The translations under genes were made by a program, and so were the position numbers. From Gracilimonas sp. (GTDB lineage: Bacteria; Bacteroidota; Rhodothermia; Balneolales; Balneolaceae), in NCBI GenBank assembly GCA_031580945.1, contig JAVLBT010000002.1:5016-69015 (forward strand): a stretch of 64,000 nucleotides of DNA. Direction: 5' to 3'. The notes beneath the pieces were generated by a model. That model ran no database searches and had not been told where the DNA came from. It worked only from the letters and a program-made list of their open reading frames with translations. This document shows positions 8,177-18,021 of this stretch, piece by piece (within the stretch, counting starts at the first letter, position 1; each line of letters begins with the position of its first letter).

Positions 8177-10414
8177 ATGTCGACGAACCTCACTCCCGAC
8201 CCTGAAGTCACTCTTGGACTTGCATTAGAACACGGACTTACCGAAGAAGAATTTGAAATGATCAAAACCCGCCTCGGTCGTTTTCCGACCTTTACCGAGC
8301 TGGGCGTTTATTCGGTGATGTGGAGTGAACATTGCTCCTACAAAAACTCCATTGTGGAACTTAAAAAACTTCCTTCCGAAGGAGAGAATTTGCTGGTAGG
8401 TGCCGGAGAAGAAAATGCCGGTTTGGTTGACCTGGGAGATGGACTTGGATGTGCTTTTAAAATTGAAAGTCATAATCATCCCTCTGCAATAGAACCCTAT
8501 CAGGGGGCAGCAACGGGTGTTGGTGGCATTCATCGCGATATTTTTACCATGGGAGCACGACCAGTAGCTAGCCTGAATTCACTTCGTTTTGGCTCAATGG
8601 AAAATCCTCGAGTTCGCTATTTACTGGATGGCGTAGTGCGGGGAATCGGAGATTATGGAAATTCATTTGGGGTACCGGTAATTGCCGGTGAAGTGGTATT
8701 TGATGAAAGCTATGAAGGTAATCCACTGGTAAATGCCATGAGTATAGGGTTGGTGAAAGAAGGCGAAACAGCTTCTGCGATTGCCAAAGGAATAGGGAAT
8801 CCGGTGATTATTGTAGGTGCAAGTACCGGTCGCGATGGAATACATGGTGCGACTTTTGCCTCTGAAGAAATAAGTGAAGAGAGCGAAGCGAAAAGACCCA
8901 GCGTTCAGGTGGGAGATCCCTTTACCGAAAAATTGTTACTGGAAGCGAGTCTCGAAGTGTTGCAAACCGGTGCGGTTGTAGGTATGCAGGATATGGGCGC
9001 GGCAGGGATTGCGTGTTCGTCTTCTGAAATGACAGCCAAAGGCGGACAGGGAATGCGTGTCGATCTCGACAAAGTACCGGCGCGGGAAGATGGAATGACG
9101 GCTTATGAATTGTTGCTTTCTGAAAGTCAGGAGCGCATGTTGATTGTTGCTGAAAAAGGTCGTGAGCAAGAGATCATCGATGTATATGAAAAATGGGATC
9201 TCCATGGCGTGGTGATTGGGGAAGTGGTGGAAGGCGATAAAGTCACTTATTGGAAAGACGGCGAGATCAAAGCCGAAATTCCTGCAGAACATTTGGTGCT
9301 GGGCGGCGGCGCACCTCAATATATTCGTGAAACTAAAAAACCGAAATATTTAGACGAGGTGCAGAATTTTGATACCGACTCATTGGATCATCCAGAGGAT
9401 CACACCGAAACACTTAAGAAATTATTGAATTCGCCCAACATTGCTTCGAAACGATGGGTCCACGAGCAGTACGATACCACCGTTCGAACTAATACGGTGA
9501 CTCCTCCCGGCGCATCTGATTCCGGTGTGATCCGCATCAAAGGAACCAAAAAAGGGCTGGTGGCTAAAACCGATTGTAATGGTCGTTATGTATATCTTAA
9601 CCCCAGAAAAGGGGGGCAGATTGCGGTGGCTGAGTCTGCCCGGAATGTAGTTTGTTCAGGGGCAAAACCCATGGCTATCACCAATTGCCTGAACTTCGGT
9701 AACCCGTACAAACCGGAAGTGTATTGGACATTCAAAGAAGCCTTGGGTGGAATGGGAGATGCATGCCGAACATTAAACACTCCTGTTACGGGTGGAAACG
9801 TAAGTTTTTATAATGAAAACCCAAATAGCGCGATCTTTCCATCGCCGATCATTGGAATGTTGGGTGTGATCGAAGATGTAGAAAAACATGTAACTACACC
9901 AGCATTCAAAAACGAAGGCGATATTATACTTTATATAGGAGCGGATCGTAAAGGCCTGGGCGGAAGCGAATATTTAAAAGAGATCCATGGCCTTACAACC
10001 GGAAATGCCCCGGAACTGGACCTGGATTTTGAGGTAAAATTACAAACGGCTTTGCTTACTGCCATTCAAACTGGATTAATTACAGCAGCTCATGATATTT
10101 CGGATGGGGGTTTAGCAACTACACTTACCGAAATGGCCATTTTTGGTAATAAAGGAGCCCAGCTTTCAGTTGAAACTTTATCAGGTTCACGCCATGAAAT
10201 CTTGTTTAGTGAGGCTCAATCCGGAGTCGTTATCACCATTTCAGCTCCCGAACTACAAAGGGTGAAAGATCACTTTGAAAAATCAGAAGTTCCGGTTTAT
10301 GAATTAGGGGTCGTTAAAAATGATAAGCTGGAGATCAAAGATCTGATTTCACTGAAAGTTTCTACAGCCGCTGAGATTTATGAAAATGTGATTCCAAAAG
10401 CGATGGAAGTTTAA
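8177..10414 (+). CDS. purL: Phosphoribosylformylglycinamidine synthase subunit PurL
   Basis: [50 protein letters not shown]. Confidence 0.98.
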   Translation: MSTNLTPDPEVTLGLALEHGLTEEEFEMIKTRLGRFPTFTELGVYSVMWSEHCSYKNSIVELKKLPSEGENLLVGAGEENAGLVDLGDGLGCAFKIESHNHPSAIEPYQGAATGVGGIHRDIFTMGARPVASLNSLRFGSMENPRVRYLLDGVVRGIGDYGNSFGVPVIAGEVVFDESYEGNPLVNAMSIGLVKEGETASAIAKGIGNPVIIVGASTGRDGIHGATFASEEISEESEAKRPSVQVGDPFTEKLLLEASLEVLQTGAVVGMQDMGAAGIACSSSEMTAKGGQGMRVDLDKVPAREDGMTAYELLLSESQERMLIVAEKGREQEIIDVYEKWDLHGVVIGEVVEGDKVTYWKDGEIKAEIPAEHLVLGGGAPQYIRETKKPKYLDEVQNFDTDSLDHPEDHTETLKKLLNSPNIASKRWVHEQYDTTVRTNTVTPPGASDSGVIRIKGTKKGLVAKTDCNGRYVYLNPRKGGQIAVAESARNVVCSGAKPMAITNCLNFGNPYKPEVYWTFKEALGGMGDACRTLNTPVTGGNVSFYNENPNSAIFPSPIIGMLGVIEDVEKHVTTPAFKNEGDIILYIGADRKGLGGSEYLKEIHGLTTGNAPELDLDFEVKLQTALLTAIQTGLITAAHDISDGGLATTLTEMAIFGNKGAQLSVETLSGSRHEILFSEAQSGVVITISAPELQRVKDHFEKSEVPVYELGVVKNDKLEIKDLISLKVSTAAEIYENVIPKAMEV

Positions 10415-10415
10415 T

Positions 10416-11261
10416 TTATTCCACTTTAAAATGGTGTTCTTTGTTGGAGATCGATAAAGCTGCTAACTTTGGTATGCTGAATTTTTTTTCGAGAAGTTCT
10501 TTGGGTGAAATGCCAATAATTTTTTTGAAATCCTTGATCATATGACTTTGATCAAAATAACCCATCTCATAGCCGGTTTCAGTCAGGCTGGAATCTGAGA
10601 ATAGTATCTTTCTGATGAGATAATTAAATCGGATCAGGTTGGCATATTGTTTAGGAGAAAGACCTGTGTAGCGTTTGAAATTCTTTTCGAGGGTGGATTT
10701 ATGAATACCCATTGAACTACAGAAATCTTTAATAATTATTCGTCCTCTGCTTCGGATGCAGTCACTGACAAATTTCTGTATCAGAAAATTTTTGTTGCTA
10801 TTCTTCTTTTTTGAAAGGACCCAGGTGTTAATTTTATCTATGATATCAGGGGCTGGTTTATTACTCATTGCCTCATCCATTGCCAGGTCAGCAAGTTCAG
10901 GAATTAGTTCCTGCAGTGGATAGGTTGGATTTTTTAGCTCTTTTTGGCTTATTCCGGTTAACTGCTCAAAACCCCCAGGTTTAAATCGCATAACCAGGCA
11001 GGAAGTATCAGGCTTTTGGTACACTTTTACAGCTTCATGAAAGGCCGGTACAAGACTGCAATATTCGACGAGGTGCTTATCATTTTTACGTTCATCTTTT
11101 CGGAGATAGTTTCCATTCAGCATAAAAATAGCATCAGTACTACCATCCGGTATTATATAGTCATGATCCTGATTGAAGTCCTCAGCATGCAAAGTATTGG
11201 TCCAATAACACTCGATCAGATCTGCAACTTCCTGCGGCGGTTGATATTCTTTATAGTCCAT
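10416..11261 (-). CDS. AraC family regulator (DUF6597-type N-terminus)
   Basis: IECYW..IIPDG N-terminus; C-terminal HTH FKRYTGLSPK..GYFDQSHMIKDFK. Confidence 0.9.
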   Translation of the reverse strand: MDYKEYQPPQEVADLIECYWTNTLHAEDFNQDHDYIIPDGSTDAIFMLNGNYLRKDERKNDKHLVEYCSLVPAFHEAVKVYQKPDTSCLVMRFKPGGFEQLTGISQKELKNPTYPLQELIPELADLAMDEAMSNKPAPDIIDKINTWVLSKKKNSNKNFLIQKFVSDCIRSRGRIIIKDFCSSMGIHKSTLEKNFKRYTGLSPKQYANLIRFNYLIRKILFSDSSLTETGYEMGYFDQSHMIKDFKKIIGISPKELLEKKFSIPKLAALSISNKEHHFKVE

Positions 11262-11317
11262 AACATAGTTTTCATACCTCGTTTGATATAGAATAGCGAA
11301 TAATCGGGAAGTATTAA

Positions 11318-11336
11318 AATCTTCTTTTTTACAATT
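11318..11336 (+). promoter_or_regulatory. Putative regulator site AATC-N4-TTTTTACAATT, copy 1
   Basis: 15/19 identical to 16023-16041; both lie upstream of + strand gene runs in the AraC block. Confidence 0.4.
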
Positions 11337-11393
11337 TTTCGTTCAAATCCGATATTAATCTCAACAGATCATTGAACAGAACTTTGCACCCAA

Positions 11394-11780
11394 ATGAAAA
11401 AAATTCAGGTATATCTTCTTTTTTTTCCTTTACTAATAGTTTCATCCTGTGAGTTGCTGAATGCAGGCGATCAACATACTATAAAGGAAGAAACAGTAGT
11501 GGTTGAAGCAGAACTAACTTCGGGGGATCTATTTCAATACAGTTTAGGGCATTTTGGAGATGAAGAAGAGGCTGAGATTCTAAAAGCACCGGATCATGCA
11601 ACCATAAGTCAGCTTTCCATTAGCCCCGAGGAAATCCAATATAAATACCAAGCAATTGCAGGGTATACAGGGGATGATGACGTAATTATTCAAAGCAGAA
11701 AAGGTTCAGACGGTGAAAAGCCAAATGACCAAATTTTAAATACCATTATAAGATTTCAAATCAATGACTCAGCTGAATAG
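11394..11780 (+). CDS. Putative lipoprotein
   Basis: Lipobox-like VSSC after a hydrophobic signal. Confidence 0.7.
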   Translation: MKKIQVYLLFFPLLIVSSCELLNAGDQHTIKEETVVVEAELTSGDLFQYSLGHFGDEEEAEILKAPDHATISQLSISPEEIQYKYQAIAGYTGDDDVIIQSRKGSDGEKPNDQILNTIIRFQINDSAE

Positions 11781-12501
11781 ATTATTACTGATTGCTGTGA
11801 TACTGTTTGCGGCTTCTCAATCAGTCTCCGCTCAGGATACGGTATGGGTTCAGCCCGATAGTGCTTTACTTGAGGGAAGTTTTATCCAACCTTACACCAA
11901 CCAATGGAAAGTCTCAGTTATTGATTCATCCGGGAATAAACAACATATGCGGTATTGGACTGATTATGCACAAATTCTTGAGCTGGATGGAGTATCCTAT
12001 TTGCATAGGGTGCAGGATCTGTATAGTCCTGAATACGGCCTTCAGCAGACATGGATCAATACGGTACAACATGCCGACCTGACTCCCCTTCGATATTCTC
12101 TGGAAAGCACAAACGGTAATTTGCTACACTTGAATTTTGACGGAAATAAAGTCACTCAGAGAGCTTTTGTGGAAGGTGAGTTTAAATCAGAAGAATTTGA
12201 AACAGAACATCACCTTTATGACTGGAACTTGTATGGGATATTATTAATTGGGCTTCCATTCCAGAAGAATATCAGCTATAAAATTCCATACTGGTCTCAA
12301 CAAACAAAAACGGAGGAGATACTAACAGCAACTCTGGAAGGGCAGGAACGAGTTCAAACACTGAGTGGAAACAACCATCTTACCCAAAAAATAACTACCG
12401 ACAAAGGGCTCACCTTTTGGTTGACTAAACAAAAGCCTTATGTGATACAGCTTACACTGGCTTTGCCCAACGGATCTACGATGATCTGGGAGATGATGTG
12501 A
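11764..12501 (+). CDS. Secreted beta-rich hypothetical protein
   Basis: Signal peptide ending SA-Q; overlaps the upstream gene. Confidence 0.75.
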   Translation: MTQLNRLLLIAVILFAASQSVSAQDTVWVQPDSALLEGSFIQPYTNQWKVSVIDSSGNKQHMRYWTDYAQILELDGVSYLHRVQDLYSPEYGLQQTWINTVQHADLTPLRYSLESTNGNLLHLNFDGNKVTQRAFVEGEFKSEEFETEHHLYDWNLYGILLIGLPFQKNISYKIPYWSQQTKTEEILTATLEGQERVQTLSGNNHLTQKITTDKGLTFWLTKQKPYVIQLTLALPNGSTMIWEMM

Positions 12502-12518
12502 TCAAAAACGAGGGAATA

Positions 12519-13046
12519 ATGATAAAACAAACTATGCTAATCATAATAATGGCCATTGTAGGTACCTGTACAGTATCTGCTCAAACAAATAGTGCTGATT
12601 TAGAACCTGAAGAGTACTTCGATTTTTGGGTCGGCGAATGGGAAGTCACATGGGATGAAGGAGATGGAAAGATCGGCAAGGGAACCAATCTTATTGAAAA
12701 GACGCTGGACGGAAAGGTGATACAGGAAAACTTCAGGATCACCGAGGGACAACAAAAAGGCTTCAAAGGAACCAGCCTCTCCGTATATCAACCCCGGTTT
12801 GAGCGATGGAAACAAGCCTGGGCCGATAATAGTGGCGGATATTTCGATTTCACTGGCAAAACGGATGGCAACAAACGGATCTTTCAAACCGAGGTTTTTG
12901 AACTGGAGGACGGTCGCAGGTTTACCCAGCGGATGGTGTTTTATGATATAAAGGAAGATTCGTTGATGTGGGATTGGGAGGCATCCAATGATGGGGGAGA
13001 AACCTGGACACTGAACTGGAGAATCAAATACAAGCGGCTTAAGTAA
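12519..13046 (+). CDS. Secreted hypothetical protein (DUF1579-like beta-barrel)
   Basis: FDFWVGEWEV..WKQAWADN..WEASNDGGETW; ATG 12519 preceded by GAGGGA. Confidence 0.75.
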   Translation: MIKQTMLIIIMAIVGTCTVSAQTNSADLEPEEYFDFWVGEWEVTWDEGDGKIGKGTNLIEKTLDGKVIQENFRITEGQQKGFKGTSLSVYQPRFERWKQAWADNSGGYFDFTGKTDGNKRIFQTEVFELEDGRRFTQRMVFYDIKEDSLMWDWEASNDGGETWTLNWRIKYKRLK

Positions 13047-13571
13047 ATGTACACCTATTTGGTCAAGTCGACGGCAAAGTATGGCATCTATTTAGGGCTA
13101 TTCCTGTGCTTTTTCACTCTATTTATGTGGTTATCAGGTTTGGATACCACGCATTATCATATCGGGAAAAAGATCGAGCTTGGAATATCCATCGTACCCA
13201 TCGGCTTTATTCTATTCGCCATTTATAAGATGAATAATGAAGTTGAACTTACCATCCTAAAAAGGATAGTGATTGGCTTAACAGTAGGATTAGTATCAAT
13301 TGGAATTTCAGCTCCATTTATTGAGATATATCATCAATTTATCAACCCTGATTGGTTTGAAGCCGTTCTTCGAATTAATGAACAGCAGATGGAAGCTTCG
13401 GGAGCTACTCAATCTGAAATTAGCGCCCGCTTAGAACAACTACAGGCTAATAATACTCCGCTGAATGCTCTTGTAAGTGCATTACTTTCTGGGGGTATCA
13501 TTTTTCCTGCTATCGTTTCTTTGGCTTCCTTGCTGTTTATTCTTTCCACAAAGAATGCAGAACAGAACTGA
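13047..13571 (+). CDS. DUF4199-like membrane protein
   Basis: KYGIYLG, four TM segments, YHQFINPDWF. Confidence 0.75.
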   Translation: MYTYLVKSTAKYGIYLGLFLCFFTLFMWLSGLDTTHYHIGKKIELGISIVPIGFILFAIYKMNNEVELTILKRIVIGLTVGLVSIGISAPFIEIYHQFINPDWFEAVLRINEQQMEASGATQSEISARLEQLQANNTPLNALVSALLSGGIIFPAIVSLASLLFILSTKNAEQN

Positions 13572-13597
13572 ACTGAACATATTCAAAACCAAATCCT

Positions 13598-14485
13598 ATG
13601 AGATCTGCAGCCCTGATAATAGTTTTTATACCATTCCTATTCTGGATGAATAGTGGTAAAACTCTACATAAAGCCCAAAAGCTGGGTGAAGGTGTAATTA
13701 CAACCGGTATGGAATTATCTCAGGCCATTAGCCCTGCCGGGGATGAAATGTATTTTGCAAGAATGGCGGAACAGGGCGATTGGAATATTTACTATTCTAA
13801 ATGGAACAAGGGTCAATGGACGGATCCTGTGGTGGCTCCATTTTCAAGTCCCTACACCGATGCCGATCCGTACTTTACTTCAAATGGGAAAAAGATCTTT
13901 TTCCTTTCTGATCGACCCATAAAAGAAGGAGGAGAACCATTTCAGTTTCCGGATGTTTGGTATGTAGAAAAAACTACTGATGGATGGAGTGCACCGGTAT
14001 ATGCGAAAGAACTAAACACAGCATTTGGGGAAGGTTTTATGTCGTTAACCAATGAAGGGGATATCGTTTTTTCTTCCAATCAAGGAAACGGAGATTCCTT
14101 TTCAATATTTAAAGCATCACATAATGGAACCACGTTTGAAACCCCACAACCAATGGCACTGCCCATAAAAGTAAAAGATTATGCAAATCCGTTGATAGCC
14201 AGAGATGGAAGCTATCTGATCATTGACAGCGATATGAAAGAGGGAGAAGGTGCAGATGACCTGTATATCCTGTTCAAAGAAGGCAATGGCTGGACGGAGC
14301 CCGTGAACCTTGGCCCAACGGTAAATTCACCGGACAGTGAAGGCGCCCCTTATGTGACGTTTGACGGCAAACATTTGCTGTTTGGCCGTATTAAAGTCAT
14401 AAATGATCAGTTTAGCAGCGATATTTATCAGGTTTCCTTTCAACCTTTGCTTAAGAAAGCCAAAGAAAAGGCAGGATTGAAATAA
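13598..14485 (+). CDS. PD40/TolB-like beta-propeller protein
   Basis: Repeated ISPAGDEMYF, DPYFTSNGKKIFFLSDR, PVNLGPTVNS..EGAPYVTFDGK. Confidence 0.82.
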   Translation: MRSAALIIVFIPFLFWMNSGKTLHKAQKLGEGVITTGMELSQAISPAGDEMYFARMAEQGDWNIYYSKWNKGQWTDPVVAPFSSPYTDADPYFTSNGKKIFFLSDRPIKEGGEPFQFPDVWYVEKTTDGWSAPVYAKELNTAFGEGFMSLTNEGDIVFSSNQGNGDSFSIFKASHNGTTFETPQPMALPIKVKDYANPLIARDGSYLIIDSDMKEGEGADDLYILFKEGNGWTEPVNLGPTVNSPDSEGAPYVTFDGKHLLFGRIKVINDQFSSDIYQVSFQPLLKKAKEKAGLK

Positions 14486-14505
14486 ATCAAATTAACTTAT
14501 AAGAC

Positions 14506-15246
14506 ATGACCAATGTAAAAATACTTCTCACCGGATGTTTATTGATCGTATTCGGATTCCATGCACAAGCACAACATGCTACAACCACCGGTACCGAGAT
14601 CCTGGAAAGAAGTAAACAGAAGCACGATCCGGATGGGCAATGGAGCAATACCGAACTTTCGATTCACATTCAGGAACCGAGAATTCAAAACAGACTTCGA
14701 TATTCTCAGTTGGCCATGTATACCAAGACTGGATATTTCAAATTGGTGAGAGATTCTGAACCAGGAATCATAGAACGAATCATTGATCATGAAGGAAATG
14801 CTCAGGTCTTGTTAAACGGTTCCCCGGAAATTGCAGATGATATCAAGGAGAAATATCGGTTAGGAGCTGATCGAAATACCGGCTACCGTTCATTTTATCG
14901 ATTGATGTACGGCCTTCCCATGTCACTCACCGAAGATGTAGTTGAAGAGATCGGTAAGCCGAAAGAAAGTAATTTTGCGGGACAAGAGGTGTATTCACTG
15001 GAGATCGAACTGAAAGAACCTATGATCAGTAAAAAATGGGAGCTTATGTTGGATCGCGTTGATTATTCTATGGTAGCATTAAAGTTCGATCATGCTGATG
15101 ATTCCAATCGGCCGAATGAAGTGATCCTTTTTGATGGAAAATACCGATGGGAGGGCATCAGTATTCCCAGGTTTCGACATTGGTATCATGAAGATTCTGG
15201 AGCGTATCAGGGAAGTGATGTGATTGTGAACAACCTTGATCAGTGA
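14506..15246 (+). CDS. Secreted hypothetical protein (DUF6503-like)
   Basis: Signal peptide; EILERSKQKHDPDGQW; YRLMYGLPMSL. Confidence 0.7.
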   Translation: MTNVKILLTGCLLIVFGFHAQAQHATTTGTEILERSKQKHDPDGQWSNTELSIHIQEPRIQNRLRYSQLAMYTKTGYFKLVRDSEPGIIERIIDHEGNAQVLLNGSPEIADDIKEKYRLGADRNTGYRSFYRLMYGLPMSLTEDVVEEIGKPKESNFAGQEVYSLEIELKEPMISKKWELMLDRVDYSMVALKFDHADDSNRPNEVILFDGKYRWEGISIPRFRHWYHEDSGAYQGSDVIVNNLDQ

Positions 15247-15989
15247 TACCCACTAATTTGATTGGAACCAAAGTAAGCCGTTCGTTCGATACCCACCCTG
15301 AGAATGGAAAGTTGAACATCAAGATAACCTGGAAATACTGCTTAGCTTTTTATTGCATGACCATGTTGTATGTATCGCTGCATGAATTGGTTCATCATTT
15401 TGCAGGAGCAGCGATTTGCGGGGATTGGGGATTCAAAACCTTCAATTACTTTGAAACTGCTTGTAGTGAGGATAGCAGAATTAAGTACCTGGCTACTTTT
15501 GCAGGACCGGTTTTTACCTATGCCGTCATGTGGGTCGGGGCATGGATGTTACGTAAGCCCCAAGCCTCCCAATACACCAAACAATTGGGTTTCGCTTTGA
15601 TATTCGCTCAATTGCCTCTGCAAAGAATGACTTCCCCGATCTTTAGAATGAATGATGAATTTTATGCATCAGTACAGCTTTGGGGAGATAATTCTTTGGT
15701 CTATTGGGGAGTTCTGGTCATCATCTGGCTGATTTGTCTGCCACCTCTGTGGATCGCTTACCGGAACATTGAGAACAGGTACAAAATCCTGTGGTTCTTA
15801 TTCTATCTGGTACTTTTTCCCTATTTGATCTGGGGGCCGGTTTTCGGAGTATTGGAGTTTTTGTTGATTAGTAGGGGAGTGTTGGATGGGACGATCATCG
15901 GAATAGCGAATTTATTTATCCTCAATGAGATCGTGACCATCATCGGGTATATCTATACAAAGAATTATTTTGATCCTGCATTGAACTGA
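15243..15989 (+). CDS. Membrane protein with HExxH motif (M50-like metalloprotease candidate)
   Basis: LHELVHH at the end of a TM helix, AGP motif, later NDE; about six TM segments. Confidence 0.65.
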   Translation: MIPTNLIGTKVSRSFDTHPENGKLNIKITWKYCLAFYCMTMLYVSLHELVHHFAGAAICGDWGFKTFNYFETACSEDSRIKYLATFAGPVFTYAVMWVGAWMLRKPQASQYTKQLGFALIFAQLPLQRMTSPIFRMNDEFYASVQLWGDNSLVYWGVLVIIWLICLPPLWIAYRNIENRYKILWFLFYLVLFPYLIWGPVFGVLEFLLISRGVLDGTIIGIANLFILNEIVTIIGYIYTKNYFDPALN

Positions 15990-16022
15990 AGAGCAATGAT
16001 ACAGATGAGGATTCATGAACAG

Positions 16023-16041
16023 AATCGCTCTTTTTACAATT
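16023..16041 (+). promoter_or_regulatory. Putative regulator site, copy 2
   Basis: AATCGCTCTTTTTACAATT, similar to 11318-11336. Confidence 0.4.
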
Positions 16042-16233
16042 CTGAAGACGCATCTCTATCTACATTTCAGCGTTTTCAAAAATAGTTAAATTAAAGTGGG
16101 TTTACGATCAATATATTTCTTTTCTGAACTATACTTCTACGTTGTGCTGTGTGGTACTTCCATAACTTTGAAAACTCTTCAGTTTTTAAGGTTCAAATTT
16201 CACGATAAATAGCGTGGAGGAGGATGTATACCA

Positions 16234-16704
16234 ATGCCTGATTTCAAGAATTCAGTATTTGCCTATATCATCCAATGCAGAAGCAAAAAATACTTCTCCA
16301 TTTTCTATTGGGTCTCCCGTGCTGCCATGGGAATAGGTTTTATTGGCTCAGGAGTGAGAAAATTACCCGGAGTGAAATTCACAGTTCTTCCGGTAGAAAA
16401 TCCTGTAGGTCACTTTTTTGAAGCGATGTACCAGACAGGATTTTATTGGAATACGATAGGTGCTATTCAAATTCTGCTTGGGTTGATGATCTTCTTTGAC
16501 CGAAGTGTTGTTGCTGCTACACTCGTCATGATGCCGGTAACGATCAACATCTTTTTGGCATCTGTTGCTCTTCAAATGACAGGTACGCCCATTATTACAT
16601 CAGCTATGCTATTAGCAAATATCTTCTTGCTACTCTGGCACTTTGAGAATTACTTGTCCATTATCCAAAAACCTAAATACCTGACCGATGATATACCTGA
16701 CTAA
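16234..16704 (+). CDS. DoxX-like membrane protein
   Basis: GFIGSGVRK..FFEAMYQTGFYWNTIGAIQ..PVTINIF; RBS GGAGGAGG. Confidence 0.8.
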   Translation: MPDFKNSVFAYIIQCRSKKYFSIFYWVSRAAMGIGFIGSGVRKLPGVKFTVLPVENPVGHFFEAMYQTGFYWNTIGAIQILLGLMIFFDRSVVAATLVMMPVTINIFLASVALQMTGTPIITSAMLLANIFLLLWHFENYLSIIQKPKYLTDDIPD

Positions 16705-17398
16705 CATCAAAAATTTCATACGGGAAGATATCGTACGATTTACTCTGCTTATCCTGATCATGTTCCAATATTCCAACTTTTACCGGGTAACGATGCGTTG
16801 TATTTACGAAGGAAGCGAATTTCAGTGGATGAATACCTGGGGGGTGAGTCTGTTAGGTGAGGAACGGGCGATGCGGATTATGGGAAACGGACTTGAAGGA
16901 CATTTTTTGATCGTCTTTCTATTAGCTGTTTTATTTACAGTGATCATTTTTGGGCTTATTCGACGACCTAATGATCCATTGGTGAAAATGCTTACAGTGG
17001 TTTTTGCTGGAGCTATGGTGGCAAAAGAGATCATGCTATCGTTGGCCTATGGTGATCAATATCAAATAGCTGGAGAGACTTTCCGGTTACAGCTCAATTA
17101 TTCAATTCTTGGGCCGGCATTAAGTTTGATCATATTTGGCTTGGCCCTTTTTTGGGTATACCAGAATAAATTGATCAGGGTACCTGAAGCAACCAATTTA
17201 AAAGTCATGGTCATTATTACAGTGCTTATAATACCATGTTTTCTGTTTCTTAGATTGGGACCTCAACATGGCTGGACCGATATTGTGGGCATTAACCTGA
17301 TCTACCTTCAGTTCACACTGCTCATTTTAAACTGGATGGGTTTTTTTAAACAAGCGCTTGAAACGGAGCCTTTTAACTTCCAGAAAGACCGTAGCTAA
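16688..17398 (+). CDS. Integral membrane hypothetical protein
   Basis: About six hydrophobic segments; overlaps the DoxX stop. Confidence 0.7.
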   Translation: MIYLTNIKNFIREDIVRFTLLILIMFQYSNFYRVTMRCIYEGSEFQWMNTWGVSLLGEERAMRIMGNGLEGHFLIVFLLAVLFTVIIFGLIRRPNDPLVKMLTVVFAGAMVAKEIMLSLAYGDQYQIAGETFRLQLNYSILGPALSLIIFGLALFWVYQNKLIRVPEATNLKVMVIITVLIIPCFLFLRLGPQHGWTDIVGINLIYLQFTLLILNWMGFFKQALETEPFNFQKDRS

Positions 17399-17502
17399 TC
17401 TTCTTATTTACAATTGGAATACCAATTGTTGCTTTAGATTGGTGGAGGTTCTTGAATATGTACTTTTTAGACAGATATTTGAATCAACAAGATCTATTGA
17501 TT

Positions 17503-17871
17503 ATGGAGAACAAGCAATTGACTGCAAAAAAATCAGATGATGGAAATGGGGCGCTCAGTAGATTAGTCATCAAGAAAGGGAATACCTATCACATTGTTAA
17601 GACAAAGAAGATCCATTGGCTTGAATCAGATGGTAATTATGTGCGAATTTACAGTAACGGTCAAAAATATTTATTGAGAGCTACACTAAAAGGACTTCTT
17701 CAAAAATTAGACAACACAGAATTTCAACAAATACATCGGTCTACGGTGGTTAACATTGAATTCATCCAGAAGATCAAAAAAACAATGTATGGGGAATTTA
17801 TAGTCATCTTAAAAAACGGAGAAGAACTTAAGATGTCCCGCAGTTATACCGATCTGTTAGAATCCATTTGA
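17503..17871 (+). CDS. Stand-alone LytTR DNA-binding protein
   Basis: IHWLESDGNYVRI..FQQIHRSTVVN..LKMSRSY; no receiver domain. Confidence 0.88.
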   Translation: MENKQLTAKKSDDGNGALSRLVIKKGNTYHIVKTKKIHWLESDGNYVRIYSNGQKYLLRATLKGLLQKLDNTEFQQIHRSTVVNIEFIQKIKKTMYGEFIVILKNGEELKMSRSYTDLLESI

Positions 17872-17873
17872 TT

Positions 17874-17923
17874 CCATCACAGTATATGTGGCCTGACCAC
17901 ATAATATTACGGCTTATCACAAT
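17874..17923 (+). promoter_or_regulatory. Three direct repeats A(T/C)CACA with 20-bp period, candidate LytTR operator of susC
   Basis: ATCACA 17876, ACCACA 17896, ATCACA 17916. Confidence 0.55.
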
Positions 17924-18021
17924 CGGTTAAAATTTGTTATTCAGGCCTCTTATTTAATGCCTTACTCATTGCACTTAAAAATGAGTTCAAACATTTACTA
18001 ATCAAATAAAAAGAGGTTTGT

